Shown here: positions 53,205 to 64,000 of the stretch, one piece after another
Layout of the letters: the number at the start of each line of letters is the position of its first letter
How positions within the stretch are numbered: the first letter of the stretch is position 1
Origin: an uncultured virus (IMG/VR IMGVR_UViG_3300034104_004763)
Lineage: Duplodnaviria; Heunggongvirae; Uroviricota; Caudoviricetes
Virus record (IMG/VR): IMGVR_UViG_3300034104_004763
Reading direction: 5' to 3' (one strand)
Length of the DNA stretch: 64,000 nucleotides
The notes under the pieces: model-generated
The model's input: the letters and a program-made list of their open reading frames with translations, nothing else
What the model was told of the DNA's origin: nothing
Databases searched by the model: none
Translations under genes and position numbers: made by a program

Positions 53205-54170
53205 TAAAAAGGGGCCTAGTATTAGGCCCCTTAAATTTGACTTCGTATATTAAGGCATAATTAAAAATAAAAGGTTATGGAAAAATTATTTAAAGATGTA
53301 GATTATTTTATTATTGAAGCATCAAATCGTACACACACTGAATTTGAATTAGACTTTGTGGATGTTATTGAAGTATTTGATGCAAATTCTATAACATTAA
53401 CTACTGAAGATGGTAAATCATTAAAAATTACTTATGATGAAAGAGGTTACTTTAAATCTTACTTTGTAGATGTAGAACCTATTACTCATCTAATGAGTCA
53501 ATCATCTTATATTGAAAGTCAAGTAAAAGACATTATCAAAACTCTAAAACATTTAACATATAATGGTCAAAGTGTTGATGGTGAAACTATGCAATACATT
53601 CTAGAGAAGGTAGGTATGCAAGACCAAATGCTAAAACAATTAGTAATGTCTCAACCAATAGAGGAGGTTAGGTATGTGTTTGAGGAGAGAGAAGAATTAG
53701 AAGAATTTAATAAAAAATAATTAAGTTATGAGAAAAGTAATAGTTAAGTACAAAGACAGTGAACAAGCACTAACATACAACATTGTTAGTTTTAAAAATG
53801 ACAAACGTCAAATTCTAGTTGAACATTTAAAAGAATTCTTAGCAAACCCAAGAGTAGAATCATACAAAATTGTAGACATATCAGGACGATTATCAGACCC
53901 TGATAAAGAAAGTAAATCATACGAGTCAAAATACGAACGGGAAAGTAATAAACTGCCTAAAGTAATTGCTAATGAGGTAACACAAGTTGCTACTACATTA
54001 AAGGGTTGTACTAAGGAAACTGTTGATAAATGGAATAAACATCTCGATTTTGATTTACATACAAAATTAAATGGTGAGTACGGGTTTACAGGTGCTAAAA
54101 GGTTATATAACATATTTGGCTTGTAAAATTTAACTTCGTATATTTAAGTATAATTTAAAAAATAAAGGTT

Positions 54171-54947
54171 ATGATAGTAATTCAAGCATTAGAAGAACAA
54201 AAAGCTGTCTTCAAAACACAAAAGAATGAACTAGAAGAAGCTAGATCTGAAATCTACACAAGAAAGGAACAAGCAATGAGTGATGCTTTAATCCCTTACT
54301 TTGAAGGGTTCAATCCCGATGTTTACATTGAGGTAACAAGAGGATCTATTTATTTTAAAATGGACCACTCCGAGTTAAATCGTAGAAAGGAATTATTTAC
54401 CCTTTATTTAAGAGAAAGATATTTTGAAGAAGGGCAACGTTATGATGGAGTTGATTTATCTTATTATACAACTTCAACAAAAGGAGATGATGAATGGGAA
54501 TTAAAGAGATTGAGAATATTAGGTGACATAGCTGATGTTGTATTAAAGCGTCAACATGATATAGTTGACACTGCCAATTATACTTCAAATCTTTTTAAAG
54601 ATGAGTTTACAAGAAGTTATAATCAAATGAATCTAATAAACAAAGCTATTAGAGAATTAGATGAAAAAATCTCAGTTATTAGTAAAGAGAAAATTGCATT
54701 CGATTTGAAGAATGGAGGAATTCAATTTAAAGAAACAGCTTATATTGACTTAAAACATAATTACACTCCTAGAGTTAACAGCATTAAATTAATTGATTTC
54801 TCACCTTCAGGTAAAAAAGCAACTGCTGTATTTACATGGGCACATGGTGGTCAAGAAGGTAGAGAAGAAGGTGTAAATGTAGGTAGAGTAACTGATCAGG
54901 TAGTAGGATATGCTAATATTATTATTAAAAAAGAATTGGCTAATTAA
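54171..54947 (+). CDS. Hypothetical early protein
   Basis: 258-aa ORF with its own promoter. Confidence 0.55.
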   Translation: MIVIQALEEQKAVFKTQKNELEEARSEIYTRKEQAMSDALIPYFEGFNPDVYIEVTRGSIYFKMDHSELNRRKELFTLYLRERYFEEGQRYDGVDLSYYTTSTKGDDEWELKRLRILGDIADVVLKRQHDIVDTANYTSNLFKDEFTRSYNQMNLINKAIRELDEKISVISKEKIAFDLKNGGIQFKETAYIDLKHNYTPRVNSIKLIDFSPSGKKATAVFTWAHGGQEGREEGVNVGRVTDQVVGYANIIIKKELAN

Positions 54948-54991
54948 ATTTAACTTCGTATATTAAGACATAATTAATAAAATAATAAGTT

Positions 54992-55252
54992 ATGATAGTA
55001 GAAAAATTATTACAAGAAACAGCTAACAAGCGAATCTTTTCAGTTACGTTCATTAAACGTACAACAAAGGAGGTCAGAAAAATGAACGCTATGAGAGGTG
55101 TTCGTAAGGGAGTCAAAGGTGTTGGTTTACCATTTGAAGCATCAGAAAAAAACCTATTAACGGTCTATGACATGAAGAAAAAAGGATTCAGACATATCAA
55201 TTTAAATGATGTGTTAGAATTTACTGCTAACAAACAAAAACATGTAAAGTAA
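54992..55252 (+). CDS. Small SH3/WYL-like beta-barrel protein
   Basis: FSVTFIKR..EVRKM...VYDMKKKGFRHIN. Confidence 0.55.
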   Translation: MIVEKLLQETANKRIFSVTFIKRTTKEVRKMNAMRGVRKGVKGVGLPFEASEKNLLTVYDMKKKGFRHINLNDVLEFTANKQKHVK

Positions 55253-55881
55253 TTATGAGCTTAGTTAGTGATTGCTGTGGAGCATATTCAGAATATGCTG
55301 GTGATATAGACATTTGTCCTGATTGTTATGAACATTGTGAGTTTTATGATGATGAAGAGGAGGATGAGGTTGAAGATTTAAGAGATCCTAATGGAGAAAA
55401 TTAAATAAAGTAATTGGCTAAATAAAATAGTCTTCGTATATTTAAACTGTTAATTTAAAAATAATAAGTTATGTTTAAAACAGAAAAAGCAAGAGAGTTA
55501 TTTAGTCAATTACTAGATGTTAATTGGAAAATTGATAATAAAGAGTATCGTTCACTTGAAGAACGAGTTGAATTAAATACTGAGTATCATAAGTTATATC
55601 AGGGATTAATGTTAGAAATGGGTACAAAGGAGTTTACTGAGTTTATGGAGATGGGTAATAAATTGTTTAATTAAAAATAAAAGTTATGACATTACAGGTT
55701 ATCAATACTAAAAAGGAAAAATTCAATCAAATTCGTTCAACAAAAGAAACATTATTTGCTGATGTAAAATCTCAAGGTTGGAATCTTCAAGATTGTAAAG
55801 TAACAGAACTAAAAGAAGAATTAGTTTATACTTTATATAGAAGTGCTGACGGTAAAAATTCAGCAAATTATTAAATAAAAA

Positions 55882-56027
55882 AGTCAGGTGGCGGAATTGG
55901 TAGACGCTACGCAATTATACTTACGAGTAAACTACCACCATAAATCTAAATTAGGTTGTACAGAAACGATTTAGTAAGGGTAAGTTGATAAAAGGTTTAC
56001 ATACAGGTTCGATTCCTGTCCTGACTA
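55882..56027 (+). ncRNA. tRNA-like RNA with intact acceptor, D and T arms but a ~95-nt insert in place of anticodon/variable arms
   Basis: AGTCAGG/CCTGACT acceptor stem; GCG-GAATTGGTAGA-CGC D arm; ACAGG-TTCGATT-CCTGT T arm. Confidence 0.75.
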
Positions 56028-56082
56028 CTATTACAACATAAGTGTTTCATAACCACTTATTATTTTTAATTATACCCGTGAT

Positions 56083-56104
56083 TAGCCCCGAAAGGGGCTA
56101 TTTA
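56083..56104 (+). terminator. Intrinsic terminator
   Basis: TAGCCCC-GAAA-GGGGCTA-TTT. Confidence 0.7.
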
Positions 56105-56659
56105 CATTATTTGGTTAATTAAAAAAGACTTCGTATATTAAAGCATATTAATAAGTTAAAACAAATGTTATGGAACCTAAAGTAATAAAACAGAAAATGA
56201 CTGAATTTATTAAAGAAAATTCTTTATTAATTCAAGAATTGAAAGATGAATATGGTAGAAAATATTGGATGGAGGAATTTTATAATGAAAGTAAAGTTCA
56301 AACATTTATGAACTCCTTTATCCTCACTAAAGAGGAATTAGAAGATTATGGACATGGGTGGACGGATGAAAAAGATGAGATGTTTTATGAATTACTTAAT
56401 AAAAAATAACTTATAAAAAATTTGGATAGTATTAAATTACTTAGTATATTAAATCATATTAATAATAAAAATAATAAAGGTTATGACAGAAAAAGAATGT
56501 AGAGAAGCTTGGGAAAAGTATCAACAAACTGCTCACCCTGAAGACATGATGTCTTATATGGAGTTTAGAAGTGAAATGGGAATTGAGGACGAAGAGGAGT
56601 ATTAGGCTTATTAAATTAGTCTTCGTATATTAAAGTATAATTAAAAAATAATATAAGTT

Positions 56660-57019
56660 ATGGCAACAAGAAGTAGAATTGGAATTCAAGACGAGAATGG
56701 AACAATACGTTCAATCTATTGTCACTGGGATGGTAACCCTGATGGAGTAGGAGCTACATTAGAAGAGCATTACTCAAACCGACAAAAACTAAACATGCTA
56801 ATTAATTTAGGTGATATTAGTATATTAGGTGAGAACATAGCTACAATGGATGAACATTCATTTAACAACCCTAAAGAAGGTGTAACAGTAGCTTATCATA
56901 GAGATAGAGGTGAAGAATTAAAACCGGCCCGAGTTGATATTTCATTAGACACATTTTATGTATCTGAAAAGTATGGTTATGTTTATACTCTAGAGGGTAA
57001 ATGGGTAACTTTTAGTTAA
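56660..57019 (+). CDS. Phage early hypothetical protein
   Basis: MATRSRIG...SIYCHWDG...AYHRDRGE. Confidence 0.6.
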   Translation: MATRSRIGIQDENGTIRSIYCHWDGNPDGVGATLEEHYSNRQKLNMLINLGDISILGENIATMDEHSFNNPKEGVTVAYHRDRGEELKPARVDISLDTFYVSEKYGYVYTLEGKWVTFS

Positions 57020-58230
57020 GTTTGGCAGTTAATTAATTTCTTCGTATATTTAGATGTAAATAATAATAAAATGAAAGTAGTACAATTTACATTACAAGAA
57101 AGATGGGCTGCATCTAAACACATGGTTCAAAAGAACAAGAAGAAATACAACCGTAATGAAAAGCATAAAAAGGATTCTAATAAGAGTCCTTATTTAGTTT
57201 CTTTGAGTGTATAAATTAGCTTCGTATATTAAAGTATAATTAAAAATATAAAAGATTATGAAAAAATTTATTAAGGGTTTATTTAATACTAATACAGGGT
57301 ATTTTATAAATACAATTTCATACTACTATGAAGGTAAATATTATACAGGGTACATTTTATGTAAAGGTTTTATTATATTTGGGATACCGGGATATGATCG
57401 AATAGAAATATTTCTTAATAAAAATGAGGCTGAGACTTCTTTAAATAATTTAAAATAATAAAGTTATGCCAAAAGGACAAGGAACAATCAATTATTGGGG
57501 AGTAGATATTGATATTGAATATTACTATGAACCATTAGTAAGAGGTAGAATGTATATGGACAATGGTGATCCAGGTTATCCTGATGAGGGAGGTGAATTC
57601 TGTATTGAAAAAGCATTTATTGGGGGTCAGGATGTAACTGAATTACTAGAAGATAAACTAGAAGCAATAGGGAATGCTTATTATGATCAATGTGATGGGG
57701 AATTTTAATACCCCGTTTGGCAAGTATAAATTAACTTCGTATATTAAATCATATTAATAATTAAAAATAATAAAGTTATGAACAAAACGCAAACAATCGA
57801 TTTATTAAAAAGTCAAATGCCTGGATTCTATTCAGTAGAACAAGTTATCAATCTTATCGAAAAGATTGAAGAAGAAGAACAACAAGCAACTGCTAAACTT
57901 ACTTTCGATCAAGTTAGAGAACTTACTCGAAGTATTGTTAATGCAATTGAAGAAGAAGCTCAAAGAGATAACATCGTTAATTTTGAAGATGTTGAATTTG
58001 AATTAGGTTGGGATAGAAAAATTGAAGTAACAGACGTTCCAATTAATTTTGATGCAATTAGAGATTGTGTTGAAGAACAATTGATTGAGTTCTTTGAAAT
58101 AGAATCTTTATTCATATCTTTAGGTATCAATAATTAAAATGAGGGGCCATGTATTTGGCCCCTATAAAATAGCTTCGTATATTTAGAATGTTAAAAAAAT
58201 AAAAATAAGTTTAATTAAAATTTAAAGGTT

Positions 58231-58632
58231 ATGAACAGAAATGAAATTATCGCAGAAGTAAAAAAACTAGGTTTAACAACAGAAAAACCAGCACATCAGT
58301 GTAAAACAGAGTATTTACAAGAATTACTCAATTCACAATACTTTATTGTGACAGAGGTAAAACGTAAAGGTAGACCAGTAAGTGAAAACAGTAACCGACA
58401 AAAACGAATTGCTGAATTAGAAGCAAAACGAGCTGCTGGTGAATTAAGAAAAGGTAGACCGGTTGTTGAAGGAAGTAATCGCCAAATAAGATTATCACTT
58501 AAAGGTACTCTTAAATTAGGTAGAAAACCAAATCCTGAAAGTGCAGCTTACAAACGCAGAATGGAATTAGAAGCTAAACGTGCAAATGGTGAATTAAAGA
58601 GAGGTAGACCAGCACAAGTAAAAGCAGAGTAA
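58231..58632 (+). CDS. Basic protein with repeated GRP (AT-hook-like) motifs
   Basis: RKGRP x2, LGRKP, KRGRP; repeated ELEAKRAxGEL. Confidence 0.65.
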   Translation: MNRNEIIAEVKKLGLTTEKPAHQCKTEYLQELLNSQYFIVTEVKRKGRPVSENSNRQKRIAELEAKRAAGELRKGRPVVEGSNRQIRLSLKGTLKLGRKPNPESAAYKRRMELEAKRANGELKRGRPAQVKAE

Positions 58633-61600
58633 TTAAATTAAAAGGGGTATAATGATGATATTATACCCCATCCCTTAACCATTAATCAGTATATATTGAA
58701 AAAACATACAGTAATCAATAAAAAATACGTTAAATTATACAAAAATCAGCCTAAATTTAAACCTAAATCATGTTATGTGATAGGTTGTGTTTACTATGGT
58801 AGAAATCGTTCAAATCACTTAAAATTAGGTGTATTAATGGAGTTAGGTGATAAAACATCTACACTTAAATTAAAAGATGGTACTAAAGTTAAAGTTAAAA
58901 ATATAACTTTAAAAAGTGCTCAAATAGGGAAATAAGGAGTATAAAATTTCTTCGTATATTAAAGCATATTAATAATAAAAAATAATAAAGTTATGACAAA
59001 AATTAAAGTAAAAATTACTCACAAAACATTAATGATGAGTATGGAGTTTCCACTTGAAGTAGGACAAGTAAAAATGGATGCTGAATGTCAAGTGTTTGTT
59101 TACAAAGACAGAGAATCAGGGTATTTAACTGGTGATTTTGATTTCATGGATTACAAAAATACCACATACATGGGTATGCCGATTGATGGTTATAAGGGAA
59201 TGCAAAAGTTAAGAGATTTCCATACTGAATTAGGAATTGATCTACAGAAATTAATTAATGATGAATTTTATAAAATCATTAATGAAGAATTTCAAGCTGA
59301 TTTTGTATCACAATTTGATATTAAAGATTTTGAGTACTAATAAAGTAGGACCCAGTATTGGGTCCTATATTTTTTCTTCGTATATTAAATCTGTTAATTT
59401 AAAATAATATAGTTATGAAAGAAGTTAGAGAATACTTTGAAAAGAATTATGGTTATGTAAATCTAGATGAGTTGACAGATGTATTTATTCAAAAGTATTT
59501 GGATCAACCATGGATTACTAATTTACCATTTGAAAGAAAGATGGATTGTTTATATGATTATATTCTATCACAGGATTTATGCGATATTCAAGAATAAAAC
59601 TCAAATGAGAGTATTTGGGGAGTTAAAATAATCTTCGTATATTAAGACATAATTAATAAATAATAATGTTATGACAAGACAAGAATTTGAAAACGGTACA
59701 CCTTTTAGAGTAAAAGGTATTCACAACGACAAAGGTAGTTCAACTTATTACTTCCATGATGGAACAATTTCCAAACAAATAAGAAGTAATATTGATGAAA
59801 GAACATTAACAGATGACTATCACCTAAATGTAGATGAGGTATCAAATAAATGGTTTAGTGGGTTTGTGTATGTGATGACTAAGAAAGTAACTGTTAAGCA
59901 TAAGTTTGAAGACCTAGTAGTGTTTGAATAATAATAAAGGGCCATGTATTTGGCCCTTATATTTTAACTTCGTATATTAAATCATATTAATAATTAAAAA
60001 TTTAAAGGTTATGTTAAATACAACTTATTTAGGTAGAGAAATTGTAAGACGTGATAACGTCAAAGTAGAAGGTACATTCGCATCGGTTCATGAAGCTGAA
60101 GAACGCTTGAGAAAGATGGGGTACATGATAGGAAGCATGTGTGGAGATGAACCAATAGGATTCGCATGTAAAGAAAAATATGATTATATAGCGAAATGGA
60201 GAAACATAAACCCGAGTGATAGAAATAAAGTGGAAGGAGTGATGATCAGTACTGATTGGAGAGAGGGTAGTGTGGATATAATATGGTTCGAAGAACCTAA
60301 AACAGCAATTGGATAGTATAAAATAACTTCGTATATTAAATCATAATAATAAAATAATATAGTTATGACATTAGAGCAAATGAATGCCGAGAATAAGTTA
60401 GTGACCGAAAAACATATGGTGGTGAAAGAATTAATAAACCACTTACATGAAGCACAATTCGATAGAACTACACGTACAAGTGTGATGTTGACAGAATTGA
60501 TGAAAAAAATAAATGAAATGTTGAAAAATGATTTTTAATACTTTAATTGGAGTGTATAAATTAACTTCGTATATTAAATTTATAATTAATAAATAATATA
60601 GTTATGAGAAAAGGTACAGTTACAGGTGAATTAAAATCTATTTTTGAAGAATTAAATATAAAGTATACTGGATGTTACTCCGATACTTATAATTTAAAAA
60701 ATGGGGATGATGTTAATTTAAAAAGAGTAGGAGTAAAATTTATGGGTGTATACCTAACTCAAGAACAAATTAATATAATAAAAGATAAAATGGGTAAAAA
60801 AGGATTTACTTATGATTTTATTAAAGAGAATAGAGGTAAAAGTTTATATGGTACTAATGGTACTAGGTTTTGTTTTAAGTATTAAATAATATAATGTGGA
60901 ATACACCTCCTAATATAATATAACAATGAACAAATGTTCCTAAGTTAATATAATGGGGGTGTGTTGTATATGGAAACCGGAATGAGTTAGGGTGAATACA
61001 GGGAACAGGGTTCCGCACCCACGTGTATGTCATGAATGAGTTTTTAACCAACTCACCTCGTATATACACTCTTAAAACCATTTTAAATAAAGATATAAGG
61101 GGTATAAAATTTCTTCGTATATTTAATTATAATTTAAAAATATAAATGTTATGAAAAAGTTTTTATTAAATGTTAAGTATTTTGGGATCTGGGGTATAAA
61201 TAAAATTTATTCTTTAAAGTATTTAAGGTTAGATACTCCAATATCACTACCCACCACAATAATTGTTATATGTGTTTGGTTTGTATTGTTAACTTATATA
61301 TTAGTTCTATAATACCTGGCTTGGAAAGTATAAAATAGCTTCGTATATTAAGGTATAATTAATAAATAATAAACGTTATGAAAGTAAAAGATTTAATTGA
61401 CAGATTAAGTAAGTGTGATCCTAACCAAAGAGTAATTTTAGAATACACCGACCATACTGATTGGGTATATAAAATGGAGTTTGGTGAAGATGAAATTTTA
61501 GATGATTTTGAAATGTTTGTTGGTATAAATAATGAGGATGAAGATGTATTTGAAAAAGTTGTATTAATTGAGTGTAAAGAAGAAAATGACGTTCAAGATA

Positions 61601-61916
61601 ATTTTTCAAGTTAATTAAAACCATTAAACATTATTTGGAGTGTATAAATATTCTTCGTATATTATATTATAATAATTAAATAATAATAAGTTATGAAAGC
61701 AAAAGTGCAAATTAAATCAGTGTTTGAACAAATCGCCAACAACGTATTTACAATGAAAGATGTTAACCAAGCCAAGGTATTCATCACCGAATTTATCACC
61801 AGTAAAGGTATAGACGGTGTAGATAAAAATACTATTGTGAATAACGTTAGCAGATGTACTAATATTAATCAATTACAACGTTACGTGTGTAATTCGTTAT
61901 TGATGTACGAAGGAAT

Positions 61917-61943
61917 GGGAGTTAGTTAAACTCCCGTTTTTTT
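61917..61943 (+). terminator. Intrinsic terminator closing the early-gene array
   Basis: GGGAGTT-AGTTA-AACTCCC-G-T7. Confidence 0.75.
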
Positions 61944-61965
61944 ACTTTTTTTTGAAATAAAATTT

Positions 61966-62125
61966 GAGGGGACACCCTACCCGAACGGGCATGCACCACA
62001 CACGAACGGGCACGGGTTGGTGTCGAATGCCCACACGTCGTTGCTGTCCGTACACGAGATGGTGTCGAACACGTGTAAAATTTCCGCACCTTTCAGATCG
62101 AAAACGATCTTTCACCCAGGCCCTC
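61966..62125. other. GC-rich non-coding element with direct and inverted repeats
   Basis: CGAACGGGCA x2, TGGTGTCGAA x2, GACACC/GGTGTC, AGATCG-AAAA-CGATCT. Confidence 0.6.
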
Positions 62126-62791
62126 ATATATACTCATATACTAAAACAAATGTAGGTCTCCCCCTATTCCATATACTTATAGGAAATTAAAATTAAATAA
62201 AATGAAACAGATCAAAACCTTAACCTCTATGAGTGAAACGCTTGTTCTCCTATTGGAAGATCTAACCAACTTATTAAATGATATCGATAATGGTGATTTA
62301 GTAAGGGAAATCGAGAATAACGTTGTTTCTCCCATGGAAGACGCTCAAGCCCAATTGGATATTATCTTAGATGATATTGATGATGGAGTGTATGATGAAC
62401 ATTCAGAAGAAGAATTTGAAGAGTGGGAATAACCCTTTTGGAAAGTTTTTCCTAGAATGTAAAAATCTCTTTTAAAAAAGTTTTTTGGGAAGTCGAGCAT
62501 ATATACTACTTAAACTAATAAATTAGTTGAAGCTGTTAATCCCTAGCCTAAAGTTAGGGATTATTTGGCTTCCTAACCTTTTCTTCGTATGTTAATTATT
62601 ATGAGAAAATTATATTATAAATTAGTTATGTTCATAGGTTATACAATCATAATTCATGATCACTACAACCCAGAAACATTTGAATTAGAAAAGAAATATG
62701 CCTATATAGGGATTTATAAGTACCTAGGTAATTTTAAACACGACGGAAGTTTAAAGATGATTAGAGTTTGGGAAATTAAAATAAGATAGTT

Positions 62792-63013
62792 ATGTAGCAA
62801 ACAGCAGTAGAATGGTTAGTGAATGAAATTATGACTAAGCATGATAAATCATTTCTTGAATTTTATGGTTCAGAAGTTACACAAGCCAAAGAAATGGAAA
62901 AGCAACAGATTATTGATGCACATGGTAATCAACAAAAAAAATCAGGTGGTGTTTCTAATTACACTTATATTTTAACAGGTGAAAAATACTATAACGAGAC
63001 TTTTAATAAATAA
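62792..63013 (+). pseudogene. M(K)QTAVEWL-type gene with amber codon at position 2
   Basis: GTT-ATG-TAG-CAA-ACA-GCA-GTA-GAA-TGG in frame with ORF 62819. Confidence 0.6.
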
Positions 63014-63467
63014 GTTATGATAAAAGTAAGATTAATACTAATGTTTCAAGGAAGGGTAGAACACGACATTGAAACCGAAATGATAAGACCTAGATTAAAA
63101 GAAACAATTACTCTACATGAACGTGGAGGACATTATAAAATAAAGTTTATCCAACATATGTTTAATGATAAAGGAGAATTTGAATCTCTAATGGTAACAG
63201 GAATAAAAAAAGTATAATGAATATTAAAGAACTAATAGAGACTCTTTCCACATTAGATTCTGAACTAAGAGTTGTAACTCGTGGTTACGAAGGAGGCTAT
63301 GACGATATAGAATGGCCTGTAGGTAAAGATTCTCCTAATGTTATTGATTTGGCACTTCATGTTAATCCAGCATGGTATTATGGTAACCATGAAATGGTAA
63401 GTGAAGATCATCAGTATGGAACTAACGTTGAAGTAGTTAAAGCAATTGTATTATAAAATTTCTCCTA

Positions 63468-64000
63468 ATGTCTAAAATAATCCAATATACACAGGCTAAA
63501 GAAATGGAAATTAACGGCGATCTAATTATCTATGATACAGATCGAGTAGTTACTCCTTTAAACCAAAATTCCAATTCTTCTTTATGGAAAGAAAATTTCC
63601 AAAAATTAAAACAAAAATTTAAAAAGGTTCCTCTTCACAAACTAATAGAATTTCTTGATTTCGATTATGTTATAGAATATAAACATCAAGAACAAGGAGA
63701 TACTCCTACTACTATCTGGTCTTACTCATATGGTAAAACTCCTAGTAGTGCTTATGTATTAGAAAAATCTTTTAATAAAGGTAAATATGTGTACATACTT
63801 ACTAATGAGGCATATCCAAATATATGTAAAATAGGAAAAGCAATTCAACCTACTTACCGTGTAACTAAAGTTAACGGGTCAGGAACAGTCTCTGAATGGC
63901 AACTGCGTTGGGCTTTACCTGTGTCTGATGATTATAAAGTGGAGAGTGTAGTACATAAAACTTTAGAGCATCTACGTATGAATTCGTTTCAAGGATCATC
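63468..64000 (+). CDS. T5orf172-type GIY-YIG domain protein (3'-truncated by window edge)
   Basis: Manual translation: GKYVYILTNEAYPNICKIGKA...RV...VESVVHKTL. Confidence 0.7.
   Translation, partial: MSKIIQYTQAKEMEINGDLIIYDTDRVVTPLNQNSNSSLWKENFQKLKQKFKKVPLHKLIEFLDFDYVIEYKHQEQGDTPTTIWSYSYGKTPSSAYVLEKSFNKGKYVYILTNEAYPNICKIGKAIQPTYRVTKVNGSGTVSEWQLRWALPVSDDYKVESVVHKTLEHLRMNSFQGS

Larger units (their letters stand above)
52340..61692 (+). promoter_or_regulatory. Array of about 21 near-identical early-type promoters, each ahead of 1-3 small genes
   Basis: (TT)GG-N~16-CTTCGTATATT(A/T)A at about 52370, 53244, 54137, 54957, 55435, 56133, 56624, 57043, 57223, 57738, 58176, 58953, 59379, 59636, 59971, 60330, 60568, 61116, 61342, 61656, plus a variant at 56443. 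Confidence 0.85.

Noticed and set aside
52340..61692. Regularly recurring repeat as a CRISPR array or attC-like integron array
   Set aside because: Spacing is hundreds of bp with whole genes between degenerate copies, the motif has promoter geometry, and no cas operon or integrase is present. The Cas4-like gene at 24995 is a stand-alone phage nuclease.
1068..62127. Minus-strand ORFs in the track (e.g. 4047-4628, 7359-7685, 41275-41655)
   Set aside because: They are mostly antisense shadows of well-supported + strand genes, with no initiation context or recognisable motifs.
61942..62155. ORFs 61964-62155 (+) and 61942-62127 (-) as proteins
   Set aside because: Atypical composition and no initiation context; they are by-products of the GC-rich repeat element.
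1..64000. Alternative genetic code (TAG reassigned)
   Set aside because: Long conserved genes are intact in code 11, and TAG ends several genes at expected positions.

Overview
A 64-kb, very AT-rich segment of a large lytic dsDNA phage. Essentially all genes are on the + strand. The host is most likely Bacteroidota, judging from A-rich, SD-less 'AAAATAA(A/G)GTTATG' initiation regions, TTG-N~20-TATATTTA promoters and a DUF4494-like gene. In order, the window holds: RNA-repair and accessory genes; thyA; a queD-queE-folE-PRTase-NTP-PPase block; a split family-B DNA polymerase with T4-like clamp and clamp loader; hsp20/groES/groEL; a ~15-kb glycosylation island; acidic proteins sharing an N-terminal leader; DNA ligase; a long array of small genes, most with their own promoter; and a GC-rich structured non-coding element. 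The main unannotated signal is a recurring '3'-end replacement' insertion architecture. At polB-C, thyA, ORF5510, ORF1629 and probably queE, a cassette sits between two versions of the host gene's last 7-15 codons. The cassette is either a homing endonuclease or plain cargo genes. One copy of the tail is functional (synonymously recoded in the polB-C, thyA and ORF5510 cases), and the other is orphaned but still abuts the next gene. Other notable items are a 146-nt tRNA-shaped RNA with no anticodon arm, a structured terminator/pseudoknot leader before an HNH gene, and 5'/3' complementary ends around hsp20. All calls come from reading motifs by eye; no database searches were run.
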